From Chrysomallon squamiferum (lineage: Eukaryota; Animalia; Mollusca), in the NCBI GenBank assembly GCA_012295275.1, contig CM022675.1, positions 11,966,001-12,030,000 of the forward strand: DNA of 64,000 nucleotides, written 5' to 3'. The notes beneath the pieces were generated by a model that was not told where the DNA came from, searched no databases, and was given only the letters and a program-made list of their open reading frames with translations. How positions within the stretch are numbered: the stretch's first letter is position 1; each line of letters begins with the position of its first letter. Position numbers and translations under genes: made by a program. This document shows, piece by piece, positions 1-14,111 of the stretch.

Positions 1-26
1 TTCTTTGTTGTTATATATGATAGAGG

Positions 27-150
<124 letters not shown>

Positions 151-337
151 ACTGAGTTTTATTACTAAAATACATTTTTCGACACCGAAAAATATTTGTT
201 ACATCATCAAAGAACTTGAAATTAGAGCAAAACTTTAGTTTTTACACCCACTTTTATCGATAATCATAACTTACTTCTTTAAAAAATATATATGAATATA
301 TATATATATATATAAAATAGCATCTTCAAAAACTTAC

Positions 338-568
338 CTCTTTTCAGTTTCTAGACTTTTCTCGCCGCACTCTGCTCGTCAGTTTTATTCTCGGTCAATT
401 TATATTAACTCGCACAAAATTATTAATAATTACGTAAGCAGAATATTTAAGTGACAAGAAATTATGACAGATTTGTCCCGCCTCTCGAGTGGCTGTCGAC
501 CAATAGACTATTTTGTAATAAAATGCATTCTGACCAATGTGATGTCGTAAGACATAATTATTGTCAAG
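338..568 (-). promoter_or_regulatory. Promoter and non-coding first exon of a third EGF-ZP paralogue (copy C) whose body lies left of the window
   Basis: The donor GAG|GTAAGTTTTTGAAGAT at 338/337 matches the copy B donor at 26292. TATAAA at 404-399. CCAAT at 500-504 and 534-538. The block aligns with 15920-16033 and 26048-26230. Confidence 0.7.
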
Positions 569-1075
569 GAATCTTTTGATAACCTTTTATGGTAATGTAT
601 CTTTCCTTTTCGTATTTCTGGTTATTATTATCCTTTTTTTTTTTTTTTTTTTTTTTCTTTTTTATAAAATTATTATATTTCGAACAGAATGTAATGGAGT
701 TTAGTATATTATCACTATCTGGTTCTGTTTATATATATAACTTGTTTCTTTCTTTCCTTAATTGCCTATTTTATAGTACTGATTATCAAAACTGTATTTG
801 TTTATTTATATCGTTGTATTAGTTTTTCTTTGTTTTCTGTTACTAATTTATTTATTCACATATTATATTTTACTTTATTATTTCTAATTTAATTAATTAA
901 TGTTTTTTTGTTAACTTAACATTCACAGCGTAAAGCAGAAATAACAATAAATACAGAAATTTCCCTGAAACCCTTCTGAGCAAAATAAGATTTAAACTGA
1001 TGTTGCTGAAATAAGTAACTGAAAATACAGAAGTTTATCTGGTCATTTAATGTCAATATTTATGGTGATTACAGG

Positions 1076-1076
<1 letters not shown>

Positions 1077-1155
<79 letters not shown>

Positions 1156-1293
1156 ATATATGTGTGTATGTATGTGTTTGTGTGTATATATATATATATT
1201 TCTGTGTGTGTGTCTGTGTGTGTGTGAGTGTGTGTGTGTGTGTGTGTTTATATATATCTGTGTGTGTGTCTGTGTGTCTGTGAGTCTGTGTGT

Positions 1294-1324
<31 letters not shown>
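1077..1324. repeat. Interrupted (TG)n microsatellite
   Basis: Seen directly. Confidence 0.95.
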
Positions 1325-1325
<1 letters not shown>

Positions 1326-2455
1326 TCCTCACCTGGCGACAGGAAACAAAGAAACAAAATAAATAATTAACAATAATTTAAAATGTATAATGTTTTAGTT
1401 GATTTTTGTATTTTTATTTGTTATTTTTTCAAAAATAAACAATGACATTTTTAATTTTTCGGAATATTGTATCTATTTTACAATATTGTTTTGTAAAGGC
1501 CAAAGCTAAGGCTGTCCTCCTGTGACAGGGCGTTCCCGAATTTTGTCTGTGTGCAGAGTCTATTCAGATTCACACGAGAGATCAGAATATTCACTCCTTA
1601 TCAAACACACCCTCGGCACGAATTTCCCTTCCCTTTTATGTCACAAAACCTCAAATATCTGATGTTTACATCATGAACAGAATAAAACTGAGGATTACCT
1701 TGATGTTATTTGCTCCACCTAAAATGATGAGCAATACTGGAGAGTAAAAAAAAAATAATAATAATAATAATAAAAAATAATAATAACAGAATATTTATAC
1801 TCGAGATAATTTCAGTCACCCGAAACGTAAGTTATAAACGTGTTTTCAGCATGTCGTTCAGTTATGACGAAACAGTAAACAACAGCATCAGTTTTAAAAG
1901 GAATTTACTCAACAGAAACTAGACACTCTCTGTGCCTGTCACTGTGGTTAGTACAGAAAAGCAAATGTCAGAGTCTGCTTTGTAAAACAAAGTAAACGAT
2001 GTGGAAATACCCCTTGCCGCTCTCGCTGTATGAAAGTTAAATTAAGTTTGTCCTAAGACAGCGAATTATCAATAGCTGTATCAGAGAAAAATGAATAAAT
2101 GATGGGCGTTTTTTCCACTTGGTTGATAGAGTGAACAAACTACACAAAAAGATGTGCAAAAATACTTTGCTGCACTTAGCGGTATGTGAATCTGGTCTAT
2201 AGATTTAACATTGTAATGGAAATGAATTTCCAGATTCTGTTGAAACAACTTTTTTCTTTCTTTTTTCATATATTTTTTAAATCATGTGTTGTCACCTTTG
2301 ATAAACATACTTATCTAGATGTCTCCATGTACGTAAGAATGTTATGTTTGTATCTTTTCGAGATTCTACTGAGAATGAAAAATGGGATTGACGGAGGTGT
2401 GTTACAGATGCTGTTGTTGTTGTTGTTGATGTAATTAAATAACACGTACTTTCAG

Positions 2456-3166
2456 GAGCCCTGCGATGACAGAAAGAGAAAACGTCGATCAACAGAAAAC
2501 TCTGATGTTACTGTGAAGAAAACATTTGTCAATGAATTTTATGACGAGCAAACATCATCAGGTAAATCTGTCAATTATTTTACCTGCCTGTGTGTCTTTC
2601 TGATACGGATATAAACATTTCAATGTCCGTCTGTGTCTGTTTGTCTATATGTCTATCTATCTCTCACTATATATATATAATTATATATCTCTTCTTTTCT
2701 TTTAGCATATCTGTCTCTTTATCTGCCTTTCTCTTTGTCTATTTGTGTTTATATTTCTGTATCTATCTGTCTGTTTGTCTGTCTGTCTCTCTGTCTGTCT
2801 GTCTGTCTCTGTGTTTTTATCTGTGTTGATAGTCTCCATACCTGTCCATTCATCCGTATAGTAATAAGTTAGCAATTATAATAGTAACATTTATATATAT
2901 AATGTCATCACCATCTTAAGTATTATTACCTTTATTATACAGAATCACTGGAGGACAAGAACGTAGATGACGGTCAAGGGGAGACTTCTGGTAACAAATC
3001 CAGTCCTGAATCTCAAATCATCATCCCCCTGGTTGTAGGCGTTGCCATAGCAACGTTACTGATTGTTCTCATTGTTGTTTTCGCTGTCGTACTTCTGCGG
3101 AAACGACAGAGGAAAGAAAATTGTGAAAATTCGAAAACTTCAGTTTTCTTCAGCGGCCATCACTGA
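2456..3166 (+). pseudogene. Orphan 3' fragment (furin-site exon and TM exon) of an EGF-ZP gene, inverted relative to copy A
   Basis: Exon 2456-2561 (EPCDDRKRKRRSTENSDVTVKKTFVNEFY) and exon 2943-3166 (TM IIIPLVVGVAIATLLIVLIVVFAVVLL, stop TGA) have intact splice sites. No upstream EGF or ZP exons are seen on + in 1-2280. Similarity to copy A spans about 2283-3685 versus 7770-6422, including introns and 3' UTR. Confidence 0.8.
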
Positions 3167-3309
3167 AAGACGCTTTTGTGTTTTTATATATATTTTTTTA
3201 ATGCTTTGACTTTCTGCTTCAGTTTTCTAATTACACCTTTTCATAAATGTTTATTTCTTTTCATTATTCCTCTTTTATATTTTAATATTATTTATATTTA
3301 TAGTTTTTG

Positions 3310-3408
<99 letters not shown>

Positions 3409-3452
3409 GGTGGTGGTTGTGTTATAATTAACTAACTAATCTGTTTATTTTG

Positions 3453-3500
<48 letters not shown>

Positions 3501-3700
3501 TTTCATAGACAACGTTTTTGGATTTTCATCTTCTTCTTATTTTTCACTTACGTCACAATTTATCTGTCAACGCTTCAACTGCAGCTGACAATAATTGATC
3601 ATTTAAATATTTCTAACTGAATAAATAAAACACACTGCTTGAATTATTTTGCATGTTGTGATTGAAAAGACAGACAGAGTGAGTGAGATAATAATGATTT

Positions 3701-4836
3701 ACGATGATCAAGGTAACTAACTCTTGTAATGCTTTACTACTGTGTAAATGCGTACAAGAGTTAACTCTCTTTGGCTGCACTGATCTGTAAACTGAAAAGC
3801 AATGCCAAGTGTATCGTAGTTGATAAATTCATTAATTTTTTGTTTTGTTGTTGGAACAAAATGAGAGAACTGAGAAAAGCTAACAGCGTGGAAATAGTGA
3901 ATAGATCAGCCTAACCCTCAACATATATTTTATAGTTCTGCTGTTTTGAAAATAAAGGTATTCAATACGCACTTTTATTCTTTTTTTTTTTTTTTAATTT
4001 TTAATAGTGAAAGGATAAGTATTCCATAAATCATTGTATTTTAACAGTCAAGCAATATTCAGTTTATTCAGTCAGTTGTTTGACATTTGTTTACATCCAT
4101 GTCTGAAATATGCTGGTCTTGGGCAGCCATTCTTTCAAGATACCTGGGTCGTTCGTATTAATTTACTGTCCCACATTTCAGTTACTAAATTTCTACTAAT
4201 CAACGACAAAACTTCATCACTAGTAAAATAACTTTTTGTTTCATAAAAATTAAAATTATTTTTCTTAGTGAGCTGCTTTTTTTTTTCGCTATTAAATTAA
4301 ATAAACAAAAAAGAAAACTAAAGAAAAAAGGAACGAAAGAAAGAAAAAACATCGAGCCTTGAATCATTTCAACTCTTAATTATTTAAATTATGACAAAAA
4401 AAATTCTGTTTTACTAATATCAACCGTATAGAAATGACCTTTGCTTAGACGAAATGCAACAGTAACAAAAACAAAAAATATAACAGATATTCTTGTCGTT
4501 ATTGGAAATAGATATTATCTGGTTAGGGTAAAAGGTTCGACATGTCCAGAAATTGTCAGATGTTCATGAATTGGATCTAAATTAATTAGAATTCCCAACA
4601 GCAAGTAACTCAGAAATACTGAAGGCCCAAATTCACTTCACTGAAACAAGACATCAGAATTTATAACGTTATTTACACTGAAATGAACATAGATTATGAT
4701 AAATGAACAATACCTATCTCACCTGTGACACATGTCACTGCTTTCAGTTTATAGATTAGTGCAGCCGAAGAGAGTTAACTCTTGTACGCATTTACTGAGT
4801 AGTAAGGATACAAGAGTTAATTACCTTGATCATCGT
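3701..4836. mobile_element. Non-autonomous TIR element (MITE-like), about 1.1 kb with about 100-bp terminal inverted repeats
   Basis: 3701-3804 (ACGATGATCAAGGTAACTAACTCTTGTA..GCGTACAAGAGTTAACTCTCT..GCTGCAC) is the imperfect reverse complement of about 4736-4836. No internal ORF and no clear TSD. Confidence 0.65.
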
Positions 4837-5056
4837 CTTACAGGAGAGAGAGAGAGCAAAAAAAAAAACCAATGCATATTTTCTTTTATAGTGTAAATTA
4901 TTGGTATCTTTTACAAAATATTAAAACTTATGTTTTTTATTTATATTTTCATAGATATATATTTATAACAGCTTACTGCATTCATTTTGTTTTCAATGAA
5001 AGAAATGCCCCAAAAATTTCTTCAGAAAAATGTCATCAACCCTTTCAAATTACTTG

Positions 5057-5088
<32 letters not shown>

Positions 5089-5896
5089 TTAATTATCTTT
5101 GTAGAATTACAGTATTAATAACACATAGATATATACATATTTGTTTTATGTTACTTTCTTCTTTATTTTTCTATTTTACTTTGGCAGTTTCTTAAGTTAG
5201 AGTTTTTGTAAGTATAATCTTGATAATTCTAACAAGTAATTCAGAGCTTACTTACACTTTATTTTTGCCAATCATGAACGAAATGAAAACAACTTATTTA
5301 CAAGGATGTTTAAAGGCTGAAATGTTCAATTTTATTGTGACAGAATAATGTTTAAAATAATGAACAATTAGAAACAAATAAATAAAAAAGAACATCTGGA
5401 ATAAATTATAATCTGATTACTACATCCTCAGTCTTTTAAGGATTTTTCTGCGTTTCTGTTTACCACTGTATGAATAAAAAATGAAAAATTATATTCTCTG
5501 TCATGCATATTACATGAGAAACAAATAACTTGGAAGTATATGAAGTATTTTCAGGTATTTTTGTGTGTGATATCAAGTATGCCATTAATTGTGGTTAAAG
5601 AGAAGTTGTTTATTTAATACTGATATTTAATTGTTTTCTTTATGTCGACTCTTGCAGTATAAATTATTTTCTTCTAGAAATATTAAAATGTATCACTCTG
5701 AATGAATCAACATCAGTCTGTGATAAGGAAGGTGTTTTAGGAACAAGGGTTTGCTGAGGTTATGAAGGATGGCGTACAGATAATGAGAATTATTCTGCGA
5801 GAAATGTTTTGTTATCATTTTCTTTGTGGGTACAGATAGTACCAAAGGTATTAGCTTATCTGTTACATACATGATGCTGTTCACACACACACACAT

Positions 5897-5944
<48 letters not shown>

Positions 5945-6686
5945 TCAAATCTGGGATGCTAAGGTTATGCAGTAGGGCATGTAGATGATGTAGATTACTT
6001 CAAGAGAAATATTGTCTAATCTGAAAATACAGTTTCTTTCTGGTGTACAGATAATACAAAACATAATGACATATCTCTCACATACTCTAATTGTGTCATA
6101 CCTTAACAATAATTTCATTCAAGAAGATTGTATGCAACATGTCATATTTTTGTGTTTCCAGTTTACGTCCAGTTTTTGGACAAGTGAAGAATTGTAGACA
6201 TGTATTAGCCACTCTTTGTCAGACATCAGTAACTTTTAATGTGTGGTCACTCGTAGATAATCAGACAGACATATACTGGTAGATAATCTGACAGACAGAC
6301 TGACAGAAAGATTGTTATTTTGACAAGTTCCACGTTCAACAAATTGATCTGTAAAAACACCACCAATGCTCTTGTTTAACATTTATCTTTATCCTGTTTC
6401 TCTTATTTCTACTTTTTATCTAACTCACTGTGTCTGTCTTTTCAGTCACAACAAACAAAATAATTCAAGCAGTGTGTTTTATTTATACAGTTAGAAATAC
6501 TGAAAAGAACAATTATTGTCAGCAGCAGTTGAAGTGTTGGTAGACAAATTGAGGCGTAAGTGAAAAATAATAAAAAGATGGAATCCAAAAACGTTGTCTA
6601 TGAAATAAATACATAGATAAATAAATAAATAATTAAATAAATAATCAAAATAAACAGATTAGTTAATTAATTATAACACAACAACC

Positions 6687-6748
<62 letters not shown>

Positions 6749-9136
6749 TAATGATGATGCTATAAATATAAATAATAATAAAATATAAAAGAGAAATAAT
6801 AAAAACGAAATATTTATGAAAAGGTGTAATTAGAAAACAGAAGCAGAAAGTCAAAGCATTTAAAAAAATATATAAAAATAACAAAAGCGTCTTTCAATGA
6901 TGGCCGCTGAAGAAAACTGAAGTTTTCTAATTTTCACAATTTTCTTTCCTCTGTCTTTTCCGCAGAAGTACGAGAGCGAAAACAACAATGAGAACAATCA
7001 GTAACGTTGCTATGGCAACGCCTACAACCAGTGGGATGATGATTTGAGATTCAGGACTGGCTTTGTTACCAGAAGTCTCCCCTTGACCTTCATCTACGTT
7101 CTTGTCCTCCAGTGATTCTGTATAATAAAAGTAATAATAATAATATGTAAGATGGTGATGACATTATATATATAAATGTTACTATTATAATTGATAACTT
7201 TTTGCTATACGGATGAATGGACAGGTATAGAGACTATCAATACAGATAAAAACACAGAGACAGAGAGACCGACAGACACAGAGACAGATAGATACAGAAA
7301 CATAAACACAAATAGGCAAAGAGAAAGATAGATAAAGAAACAGACGTGCTGAATGAAAAGCCGAGATATATAATTATATATATATATATAATGAGAAACA
7401 GCTAGACATATAGACAGACTGATGGACACTGAAATGTTTATATCCGTATCAGAAAGAAACACAGACAGGTAAAATAACTAACAGATTTACCTGATGATTT
7501 TGTGTCTTCATAAAATTCAATGACAAATGTTTTCTTCACAGTAACATCAGCGTTTTCTGTTGATCGACGTTTTCTCTTTCTTCATCGCATGCAGCCTGAA
7601 AGTATGTGTTATTTAATTACATCATCAACAACAACAACAACAGCATCTGTAACACTCCTCCATCAATCCCATTTTTCATTCTCAGTAGAATCTCGAAAAG
7701 ATACAAATCATGCATTCATACGTACATGGAGACATTTAGATCAGTATGTTCGTCAAAGGGACAACACATGCTTTTCTGTTTGTGGGAATTTCGATTCTCA
7801 TCATGTATAATTACGGTGCCAAAACGGCCATTAATTACATCCACAACAACAAGAACAATAACATATATATTATAAAATACATTCATACATACAAAGAGAC
7901 ATTTGTGTATGGGAATTTCGTCTCTCATCCGTAAGATCCTTCGTTATATGGTAATTATTGGTGCCAAAAAAAAAAGGGTCGTATCATAAACAGCTTTCCA
8001 GATTATTGTGAATCTCAGGTTGAAGATTAGGGACTTTAGCAAAATTTGCATGTTCAGCTAGAATACTACTTTAGTAGGAGGAATGCAGAGAGTAAGAATG
8101 TGAAGAATTTCTGATACTTACTGGATTACAGAACTCGGTTTTGCCAGCAGAACACAGCTTCAAGTTACAGGTCATTTCAACTGATGGAGCAGTTGTTAAA
8201 CTTGAACGCTTGCAGCTGGAAACTGATTGAAACATCGGTCAGTAGATTAGGTTTCTGCTTCCAAAGTTTTCCAAGATTTTCTTCTGGGCAGCTACAAGTA
8301 AGTAATCCAGAAATAATTTAAGACATTAAATAAGTGAATAAGTACATCAGTAGAAAGGTATGTAAGTAAACAAGGAGGTAGTTTAGTAATTTAGTAAATA
8401 AGTAACAAAGTAAAATACACAAGTAAGTAATTAGCTAATTTAAGAAAGTAAATCACTAAATAAGTAAGGAAATAAATAAGGTAAGTAAGTAAGTAATGAA
8501 ATACGAAAGAAAGTAAAGTAACTAAAATAGAAAAAAAAAAAGTTAACTAAACAAGTAACTAAATCAGTAAGCACAAAAGTAGGTAAATAAGTAAGTAAAT
8601 AAATAAGTTAATAACTTACTAAGTCCAACAAGCAAGAGAACGAAATGAAACAAACTGATCATAAAATAAATGAATTAATTAATTTATAAACAAATACAAA
8701 ATTTAATAAACATAACAAACAAACAAACACATATGTGACACCTAAGATTATTTGAAATTTAGACAGAAAACATAGGAGTAGAAATTTGTAGTGAAAGCAA
8801 GCTAAAAGAATTTTTACTGAGCTCAAGTAGAAAACTGAGACTCTTAGTAAGATTACCTGTCTGTTATAATTGACATAGACTCCAGATCATTTCCTGTCAG
8901 TCCATTAGTACTTGTACACGATTCCAAGCCGATTTTTTGATAAAATCCTAACAAATATAAAATAAAGCCAGTTGTTACACCAGTTATATACGTATATAAC
9001 ATAAATAATAACGAAAATTATAATCATAATAACAAAACCCATAACGATAAGAATAACCAGAAGTATAGTATAACTCTAGCCAACCACTACAAATATTGTA
9101 ACTGTTATTACAACTTTTCTTTTTGTTACTGTTGTC

Positions 9137-9190
<54 letters not shown>

Positions 9191-9310
9191 TAATAATAAT
9201 AGTAATAATAGTAACAATGGTGCTAGCAAAGTAACAGTAGAAGTACTACTAGAACAGTTGGTTTGATTATTATGGTAACAAGAAGTTGGCGTAGTAGTGG
9301 TCGTAGAAGC

Positions 9311-9353
<43 letters not shown>

Positions 9354-9972
9354 ACATTGACAGTGCTAAAACCAGTATTATCTGCATTAGAATGGCGACG
9401 TTAGCAAAAGCTTTAGTAGTAGAAGAAGTGTTAGTAATAATATTAGTAGTTATGGTAAGAGTGACGTAGTACTAGCAATATTAATGAAAGTAGTAATAAT
9501 AATCCTTAGTAAGAATCAGTAGTAATTAGCATTACCAAAAAGCAGTAGTAGTATAGCATTAGCAAAAAGTGTTGTTACGTAGTGTTAGCAAGAAGTAGTG
9601 GTAGAATGTCCTTAGCAAGAATTAGTAGCAATATAGCATTAGTGAAAAGCAATAATAATTAGTATCAATTTGGCATTAGAAACAAATACGGCATAAGCAA
9701 GAAGTAGTAGTGTAGAGGTATATACATACCATCAGCAGCAAGTAGTAATAATATAGCATTACCAGTAAGTAGTAGTAGTCATACGAAGAAGTAGTCGTAA
9801 TGTAACTTCAGGTGAAGGAAGCAGGGTTAGAAGTTTAGCAAGAAGAAATTGCAATGCATAACAAAGACGTAGCACTCATACAACATTAGCAAGATGTAGT
9901 TAGCATATAGACCTACCCAGAAGTAGTCATGAACATTATCAAGAAGTCGTAAGAATACAGCATTACGAAGGT

Positions 9973-10110
9973 GTAGTAGTAATATAGCCTCACAACCACT
10001 AATATAACATTACGAAATACTGCGCAAGAAAGTAGTGCTCATTGTAGTAGTAATATAGCCTCACAACCACTAATATAACATTACCAAATACTGCGCAAGA
10101 AAGTAGTGCT
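9973..10110. repeat. 71-bp tandem duplication within a degenerate TAGCATTAGCAAGAAGTAG-rich intron
   Basis: GTAGTAGTAATATAGCCTCACAACCACTAATATAACATTAC.AAATACTGCGCAAGAAAGTAGTGCT at 9973 and 10044. Confidence 0.85.
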
Positions 10111-10735
10111 AACTGTAGCAGTACAGCATTACCAAGAAGCAGTGGTAATGAAGTGGAAGTAGTGATACGACGGTAGTTTTGGAAGTACCTTTAACTGCAG
10201 TGAATTCAAACGTGAGACGATCATTCAGTGATACAGGTCCTGACACCACTGACCCGTCTTCCTTTTTGATCTCAAATTTCACTTCGGATGGAGTTTTACT
10301 GGTAACAGCAGCATCCTTGGTATGTCTACAATACACACAAACCTATAGCAATATTTGTTGACGTAAATACACAAACATATGTATATCTGGCTGTCTGTCT
10401 ATATGTGTGTGTGTGTGTGTACGTATGGATGGATGGATCAGTGTTGGTGTGGGTTATATATATATATAAAACGTAAGAATATAATGCATGTTTATATCTG
10501 TATATTTTATGTATAATGTTGGTATGTGTGTAGGTTTCTAGCTAGGTATGCTGTTACATATGTAGTGATATATGCAGTAATTAACTTACCCTTCTGTATT
10601 TGTGTTTTCCAGTGTTTTGGTTACGGTCACGTTACTGACTTCGTCACCAGTACAAGACGCAGTAATCTTGGCATCGAAGCTTGTCAGATACTTCGAATTA
10701 AACTGTATGATGAAATCTCTCGACCGATTATTTGT

Positions 10736-10812
<77 letters not shown>

Positions 10813-11182
10813 CAACAATAATAATAATAATAAAAATAAATAATAATAATAAGAAGAAAATTGACCATATACAACTGTGGCGACTCGACACGTAAAACAA
10901 TGAGGCGAGTTAATGAACGCCACCCCGCTTGAAAGAGTAGTTCCGGTCTGGTGAGGACAACACCCGCGCGCGCGAACTATGAAAATAGCGTCGGGAAAAA
11001 AACTTCCGGTTTTCTGGTCTTTCCGGATTTGAGGACGCCGGATAATTCGTCCGGAACCTGTATAATTTATTAATAGAACAAGAAATCAACACTTAATTAT
11101 TTGTCATATTAAAATATAGGTTTTCTCTTCTTCTTCTTTTTCTTTTTCTTCTTTTCTTCTTCTTCTTCTTCTTCTTCTTCTT

Positions 11183-11213
<31 letters not shown>

Positions 11214-12104
11214 GTAGTAGTAGTAGTAATAATAATAATAATATCAGTAGAGGTATTACTCCTAGTTTTACTAAGAGTACTACTAGCTCTGTTTACAACT
11301 AGCTCTGTTTACAACTAGCACTTTATTGATATTTATTTCTTTAATTTCTATTAATTTGTAAGTACATTTGGTCACATACACAGAACATACAAAGTGGCCG
11401 AAAAGTTGCTTCACCATAGATTATAATACTGAAATAACTCGTTGTTATAAAATTGTCTTAACAAAATTTTCGTCGGATTGTTTTTAACAAATACACAGGC
11501 ATAATAATCAAAAGATTATCGTCATATTATGACTGATAAAGAACTTCTACTTTGTGATATATAAACACACCATGTTCACAGCCAGACCTCCACACTCTGT
11601 GTCAGCTACATTCAGGTAGTAACTCGTGATGTGGTTGTTTGCGTCTGTTTTCTCTTTCAGCTGGCAGTTTTCGTCGTTTCTGTGCCCGTCGATGTACATG
11701 ACGCCGGCGAAGTCTCCTAGCAACACCACCGTCAGCAACATCGAATCGGCCGAGCAGTTCACTTGTACTGAAAACAACAACAACAACGACGACAACGACG
11801 ATGGTAACAACATTAACAGTAACGAACTGGTTTTTTTATTTTATGTTGTTTTTTTTTTTTTTTTTAGTTTTTTTTTTTTTTCTTACTTAGGGATATTATG
11901 TTACTTTGCAAGAGCAATTTTTTTTTTTTTTTTTTTTTTTTTTTCTTAAATGTTTTTGAATTTTTATGGACACAGAAAGATGGACAAAACTAAGAGCACA
12001 AACACACATACAGACACACACATACAAAAAGTAATAGAAAGAATATATAAAATATATAAAGATAGAATGATAACAGATACAGACACAGACAGACAGACAG
12101 ATAA

Positions 12105-12139
<35 letters not shown>

Positions 12140-12403
12140 GGTAGATAGGAAAAAAAATAGATGTATAGAAGGATTAAAGGGAATATAGATGAACTGAAAG
12201 AAAAATCGAAAAAAAAAAGAAGGAAATAAACAAAAGATCAGACAGTGCATTCATTATAAACTTACTTCTTTTTTCGTAACAGCCAAATCCATAAGTATCT
12301 GGTGGACAGGAGCAATAATATGCACCCGTATAATAAAAACAGATACCCCCTTCAGATCCACACATAGATGTTACAAGACAACTGTTTAAATCAACCGTCT
12401 CTG

Positions 12404-12434
<31 letters not shown>

Positions 12435-12783
12435 AAAATAAAATAAAATAAAATAATTAAAATAATGAATCAATAAATGAAATCGGGGAAACAACACCCA
12501 ATGAAAACGTAATTTGTAAACTTGTTTTTTTTTGCTTTTTTTTGTTTTGTGTTTTGTGTATGTGTATGTGTTTGTTTGAATATGCGTTGAACAAAGTGAA
12601 AAATTAACACATATTTAGTAACTTACCTTTGTCCACCTCACACCTGATACCAGTGACATTACTGTTACAGGAACAGGTTCCGTCAGCATCGTTACAGACG
12701 TTACCAACGTCACAATCCTGACCATTCCGACGACAGTCAAAGTAAACATTAGTTTCACCTGAAATACATATACACATACATCA

Positions 12784-13260
<477 letters not shown>

Positions 13261-13945
13261 GTAGACAGATTATTTGTATATTTGTCTAAGTGTATGTTAG
13301 TGTAAGTCAATGTCGTATGTGTGTATTTCGGTGTTCATTGTAAAAATTTACCTGCCACGATTCCTATTAGAAATACGACACAAAGACAAATACTCGACAT
13401 CACTGAGTTCTCTGAAAAAACAGGTTTAAAGAATAAATATAACACTAATTTCAACAGTAGATTGATGTACAGTCAGACAAATGGATGGTAGAGGAAGATA
13501 CACAAAATAAACTGATCGATTGAAAGATGTTATAAATATGTACACAATTTGAAAACTGACCAGTCTTGTGGAAACGATTTTCCCTGTCAAGCGCCATGAA
13601 GGGGTGTTGTGATTTCTATGGAATTAATTGTGAATTTAATTGTTCTTTTCTGACAGTTTTAGTTCTCATATACATACACATACAAGCACATGCGTACATG
13701 CATAAATACGCACACACATATACAAACTCACGTACATATACATACAAATACAAGCACACGCACACGCACAGGACACACGCAAACTGAAACGCACCGCCCC
13801 CCATACACACTCACAGAATAAGTTGAAATTGCTAAAATGAAATAAAAAGAAAAACATTTTTATATTTTTATTTTTGTACTTATTCAGATCCTCGTATTTT
13901 TTCTGTCCAGTCTGTTTAAAACGAAACATTTGAAATATAGTCCAC

Positions 13946-14001
<56 letters not shown>

Positions 14002-14058
14002 TATAATAATAATAATAATTATAATAATTATAATAATAATAATAATAATAATAATATA

Positions 14059-14111
<53 letters not shown>

